From Pirellulaceae bacterium (lineage in GTDB: Bacteria; Planctomycetota; Planctomycetia; Pirellulales; Pirellulaceae), in assembly GCA_040880405.1 (NCBI GenBank), contig JBBDIM010000090.1:1-30711 (forward strand): DNA of 30,711 nt, read 5' to 3'. Positions 27,162 through 30,711 of the stretch are shown here, in pieces (the first letter of the stretch is position 1; each line of letters opens with the position of its first letter). The translations under genes were made by a program, and so were the position numbers. The notes below the pieces were generated by a model that had not been told where the DNA came from, did not search any database, and worked only from the letters and a program-made list of their open reading frames with translations.

Positions 27162-28103
27162 TTACGCCGGAACCGGCACCTCATCGACAATTCGCGAAAC
27201 GATCGACTCCACCGCGTCACGCTGTCCCACGTGCAGATACCCTTTGGGAATCACCCGGTGCGATAGTACGGAAACCGCCAAACGTTTGACATCGTCCGGC
27301 ACCACGAAGGCCCGGCTTTCCAGCAGCGCCTGACTTTGAGCGGCCCGAAACAGGCTGAGCGCGGCCCGCGTGCTCGCTCCGATCTGCAGGTCATCGCTGT
27401 TGCGAGTCGCGTCGATGATCTCCAGTAGGTAATCACTGACGGCGTCGATCACGTCGATCTCACGAACCCGCTCTTGCAATTGGGATATTTGCTCGCTGTT
27501 GACCACCGGGGTTAACGTCGCCAGCGGCTCGCTCCGGCGATGGGAATCGAGGATTTTTCGTTCCGCCGCGCGGTCAGGATACCCCATCGAGATCCGCATC
27601 AGGAATCGGTCGAGCTGGCTTTCCGGCAGGGGATAGGTCCCCTCAAACTCAAACGGGTTCTGGGTCGCGATTACCATGAAGGGTTGGGGCAGGTCGTGGG
27701 TTTCCCCATCGACCGACACCTGCTGGTCACTCATCGCCTCTAACAGGGCGCTTTGGGTCCGGGGTGACGACCGGTTGATTTCATCGGCGATCACGATGTT
27801 TGAAAAAATCGGCCCGGGGTGGAAGACGAACTCACCTGAATTCGAATTGAATACGTTGGAGCCGATGATGTCACTCGGGAGCAAGTCGGGCGTGAATTGC
27901 AAGCGACAAAACTCACCGGATAAACTGCGGGCCAGCGCCTTTCCCACCAAGGTCTTCCCCACACCCGGGACATCCTCTAGCAGGATGTGCTCGCCAGAGA
28001 GTAGGGCGATCAGGCATTTCCGAACGACATCCTCCTTGCCCAGCACCACTTGGTTGATGTTGGCCTCTAGTTCGGACACTAAGCTCGCTAACTCTGCCGG
28101 CAT
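27162..28103 (-). CDS. MoxR-family AAA+ ATPase
   Basis: Walker A LLEDVPGVGKTLVGKALA, Walker B IVIADEINR, and the length and architecture typical of MoxR/RavA-like proteins. Confidence 0.9.
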   Translation of the reverse strand: MPAELASLVSELEANINQVVLGKEDVVRKCLIALLSGEHILLEDVPGVGKTLVGKALARSLSGEFCRLQFTPDLLPSDIIGSNVFNSNSGEFVFHPGPIFSNIVIADEINRSSPRTQSALLEAMSDQQVSVDGETHDLPQPFMVIATQNPFEFEGTYPLPESQLDRFLMRISMGYPDRAAERKILDSHRRSEPLATLTPVVNSEQISQLQERVREIDVIDAVSDYLLEIIDATRNSDDLQIGASTRAALSLFRAAQSQALLESRAFVVPDDVKRLAVSVLSHRVIPKGYLHVGQRDAVESIVSRIVDEVPVPA

Positions 28104-28714
28104 ACGGATTCCCCTGGCGGTCGCTGGTCGTTGGATGAATTCTTAGGCTTCAATGAAGGTTACGGGATGGGGTTATTCGAAAGTCAGGAAGGCAAACCGA
28201 CTTCTCATGGGATGGGGGTGAAGTGAAATAGCTGGAGAGTCCCTTTAGGGACTCTCTGCGACGGACGCGCGGAGTCACCTCCCCCTCAATCGTAGCGTTT
28301 TGCAGCGGGAATCGTCTAGCCCCGCCCCGCTACCGCGGTCAGCGTCCCGTTCCGCCCTAACGCGTGTCGATCAGACTATAATATTCAAACATCCGCAGCT
28401 CGGAGGTGATCTAAAATTCGTTTTTCCCCCAATTTATTCAATTGCCCGTCCAAGCACCCGCATCGACTCGGTCCGGCACATCCCCAGAAAAATCAACCAC
28501 AATTGGGCCGGGAAGAGGGAAAGACGATCTAATGCAAACCGCGGTAAACCGCGGACGAAACAGGATAAGGCGGTGGATTCGATAAAAACAATGTGGAGTT
28601 GCCCGCGAACCTCGCGTAGAATCGATCGTGGATCGATGTGAGGCGTGCCAAGTCGTTGCGTGATAGGGGTTTTTGCGCATCAGTGGCGACCTATGGGTCG
28701 CATAGTGAATCAAG

Positions 28715-30613
28715 TTGCCCTTAGCGTGGTATTTCATGCTGTCGATGGAATCACTTCATGGTTGGACTTCCGGGCTGGTCTCGATGGCTTTGCACGCGGG
28801 ATTTGTCGTCCTGTTGGCGCTTGCCAGCTATCAGTTGCCTCCGGAAGATCGCGTGATGGTGACGCTGGTCGAGCCTGATCCGGAAGAACGACTTCGCCCG
28901 GAAGAGATCGAGCTCGACAACCTGGAAACGATGTCGGACAACATGTCGTTTACGGTCGTCACTGCCGATCAGGAAGGAATGGAGGGGAAGGTCGATTCCG
29001 CCCTTACTAATCCTCCCCTGGAAATTACCCGCACCGATGATTTCCTGGGACCGGAGGTCGCGCTCGAGACCTTTGATTTCGTCGCCAAGAATACCGAGAT
29101 TCTGACGCAAAATGTTCCCAAAGGAACGGTCGGATCGGTCCAGGAGGTGGTGGGGGACTATGAAGAGGCGATGGATCAGATCTCGCAGGAGCTGATTTGG
29201 CTGCTCTCCAACGATAAGGTGTTGGTCGTCTGGCTGTTCGATCAATCGGAGAGCATGAAAGAGGACCAAGGCAAGATCCGCCAGCGAATCGAACGCATTT
29301 ACGCGGAGGTCGGGCTCAGCGAACATTCCAAAAACGACGCCCTGACGACCGCCGTCTGCAGCTACGGCCAAGGGTTCGACCAGCACACGAAAGTCCCGAC
29401 GCACGATCGTGAGGAAATCGACCAGGCGATCGCAGCCGTCCCGATCGACCCCTCCGGGCGGGAATACATGTGCTCGGCGATCATCGAGTCCCTTTCAAGG
29501 CATCGCCGCTACGCTAAGATCGCCAAGCGTAAAATCGCCTTAATCCTGGTCTCGGACGAAAGTGGCGAGTCCCCCGACAACGAGCAAAACCTGGAGAAGG
29601 CGATCGCGATCGCGGGCGCGACCGACAGCCGGATTTATATCCTGGGCCGCGAAGCGGTGTTTGGCTACCCTTACGCCCATGTCCGCTGGATCCATCCCGA
29701 GGATGGTTCCACGCACCTGTTGCCGGTCGATCGGGGGCCCGAGACGGCGATGGTGGAACAACTGCAAACCGACGGTTTCGGGGCGCGGAAGGATTCGATG
29801 GCCAGCGGTTTCGGCCCCTTTGAACAAGTCCGCCTGGCCCGGGAGACCGGCGGTATTTTCTTCATGCTGCCCGATATTGAGGCCGATTTGTTCCAGGCCA
29901 ACAATCGCAAATACGACGCGGAGATCCTCGCGCGGTATCGACCCGCGGGGGATTCGCGACTGGAGCAAATGGAGCAGCTCAAGCGAGAGCCGCTGAAGGC
30001 CATGATCCACAAAATCATCCACGACCTGAACCCCTACGACCCCGCGGTTGCCGAAGTGATCGAGATCCGCCAGCGCTTCAATGCCCAGTGGCCGGAGCTC
30101 CTGCAAGAGGTCCGCCGCGAGCAAGCGAAGATGATCACCTACATTCGCTATCTCGACCGAGCGATTCAAGCGGTCGAAAAAGGGGCCGACCTCCGGGACG
30201 ACTCCACCTCACTCCGCGCGCAAGCCAACTACGATCTCCTCTACGGACAACTCCTCGCCTACCGGGCTAGGGCTTTTGAATACGGGGCGTACCTCACCGA
30301 GTTCGTTAAAACACCCCGCCTGCCAAACCCACCTGCGGAGCCCTATTTGGAGTTCCGCGGTTGGCGACTGGAAACGCAAGAAAAACTCGCGGCGGAGGAA
30401 CTGACCGCCAGCGATATCGAACTCTCAAAAAACGTCCTCCGGCAAATCACCAAAGAACACGCCGGCACCCCCTGGGCAACCAGAGCAGCCTGGGAAGTCC
30501 GCCGCGGGTTCGGCGTCAAACTAGAACCGGTCTACTTCGACACCCGCCGACTCAACCGACCGAGGCGCCCCAGCATGCCCGCCCGAATGCCGGTGCAGGT
30601 GCCGAATTTGTAG
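28715..30613 (+). CDS. Membrane-anchored vWA-domain protein, BatA/BatB-like, transcribed divergently from the MoxR operon
   Basis: N-terminal transmembrane segment (LVSMALHAGFVVLLALASYQL). MIDAS motif DQSES in VLVVWLFDQSESMKED. Long C-terminal helical region. Confidence 0.7.
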   Translation: MPLAWYFMLSMESLHGWTSGLVSMALHAGFVVLLALASYQLPPEDRVMVTLVEPDPEERLRPEEIELDNLETMSDNMSFTVVTADQEGMEGKVDSALTNPPLEITRTDDFLGPEVALETFDFVAKNTEILTQNVPKGTVGSVQEVVGDYEEAMDQISQELIWLLSNDKVLVVWLFDQSESMKEDQGKIRQRIERIYAEVGLSEHSKNDALTTAVCSYGQGFDQHTKVPTHDREEIDQAIAAVPIDPSGREYMCSAIIESLSRHRRYAKIAKRKIALILVSDESGESPDNEQNLEKAIAIAGATDSRIYILGREAVFGYPYAHVRWIHPEDGSTHLLPVDRGPETAMVEQLQTDGFGARKDSMASGFGPFEQVRLARETGGIFFMLPDIEADLFQANNRKYDAEILARYRPAGDSRLEQMEQLKREPLKAMIHKIIHDLNPYDPAVAEVIEIRQRFNAQWPELLQEVRREQAKMITYIRYLDRAIQAVEKGADLRDDSTSLRAQANYDLLYGQLLAYRARAFEYGAYLTEFVKTPRLPNPPAEPYLEFRGWRLETQEKLAAEELTASDIELSKNVLRQITKEHAGTPWATRAAWEVRRGFGVKLEPVYFDTRRLNRPRRPSMPARMPVQVPNL

Positions 30614-30711
30614 GGGGGACACTTAAAAAAGGGGTGAGGTGGCCAGACAACACTTCAGCCCCAAAGGGGCGTTTCACGACAGCCCAGTTGGTAATACAGA
30701 GTCTAAGAGAG

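Noticed and set aside
28103-28715. 600-bp divergent intergenic region between the MoxR and vWA genes, including accgcggtaaaccgcgga at about 28540
   Set aside because: This is probably a promoter region for both divergent genes. The short direct repeat ccgcgg-taaa-ccgcgg could be a regulator site, but I could not find a convincing palindrome or ncRNA. The only ORFs there (28300-28641 +, 28438-28737 -) have no features.

Overview
This is a high-GC (about 58-62%) bacterial chromosomal segment. Its gene content looks Planctomycetota-like: a MoxR-DUF58-transglutaminase triad, many secreted or vWA proteins, and lipoprotein signals. Every call below comes from reading the sequence and ORF translations; no database search was run.

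Left to right, the window contains:
- An unusual ~1.4 kb region (1-1460) of lower GC with no convincing ORF. It carries the first pair of a palindromic hairpin repeat family.
- A YqiJ/NfeD-like gene followed by a YqiK/flotillin-like (SPFH) gene. These are bracketed by the second pair of the same repeat family.
- A convergent three-gene CUT2-type sugar ABC transporter on the minus strand (binding protein, tandem ATPase, permease).
- A small lipoprotein gene with a clean intrinsic terminator.
- A stand-alone Ser/Thr kinase, followed by a perfect 27-bp inverted repeat.
- An arsR-arsD-arsA cluster that is not followed by a pump gene (arsB/acr3).
- In place of a pump gene, a ~0.9 kb hairpin-rich region containing a ~183-bp tandem repeat.
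- An MTH1187/YkoF-like gene, a putative outer-membrane beta-barrel protein, an S41 C-terminal processing peptidase, and TsaD.
- A 1315-aa secreted multidomain protein: vWA, TPR-like helices, a secretin/TonB-N-like domain, a (MGGGMGG)n repeat, and a C-terminal domain resembling DUF2135.
- A hypothetical secreted protein.
- A MoxR AAA+ ATPase, DUF58 protein and TgpA-like membrane transglutaminase operon, with a divergently transcribed membrane-anchored vWA protein.

The most interesting unexplained signals are the four-copy hairpin repeat family flanking the NfeD-flotillin pair, the structured repeat region downstream of arsA (which shows a compensatory base change in a hairpin), and the large vWA/(MGG)n/DUF2135-like protein.
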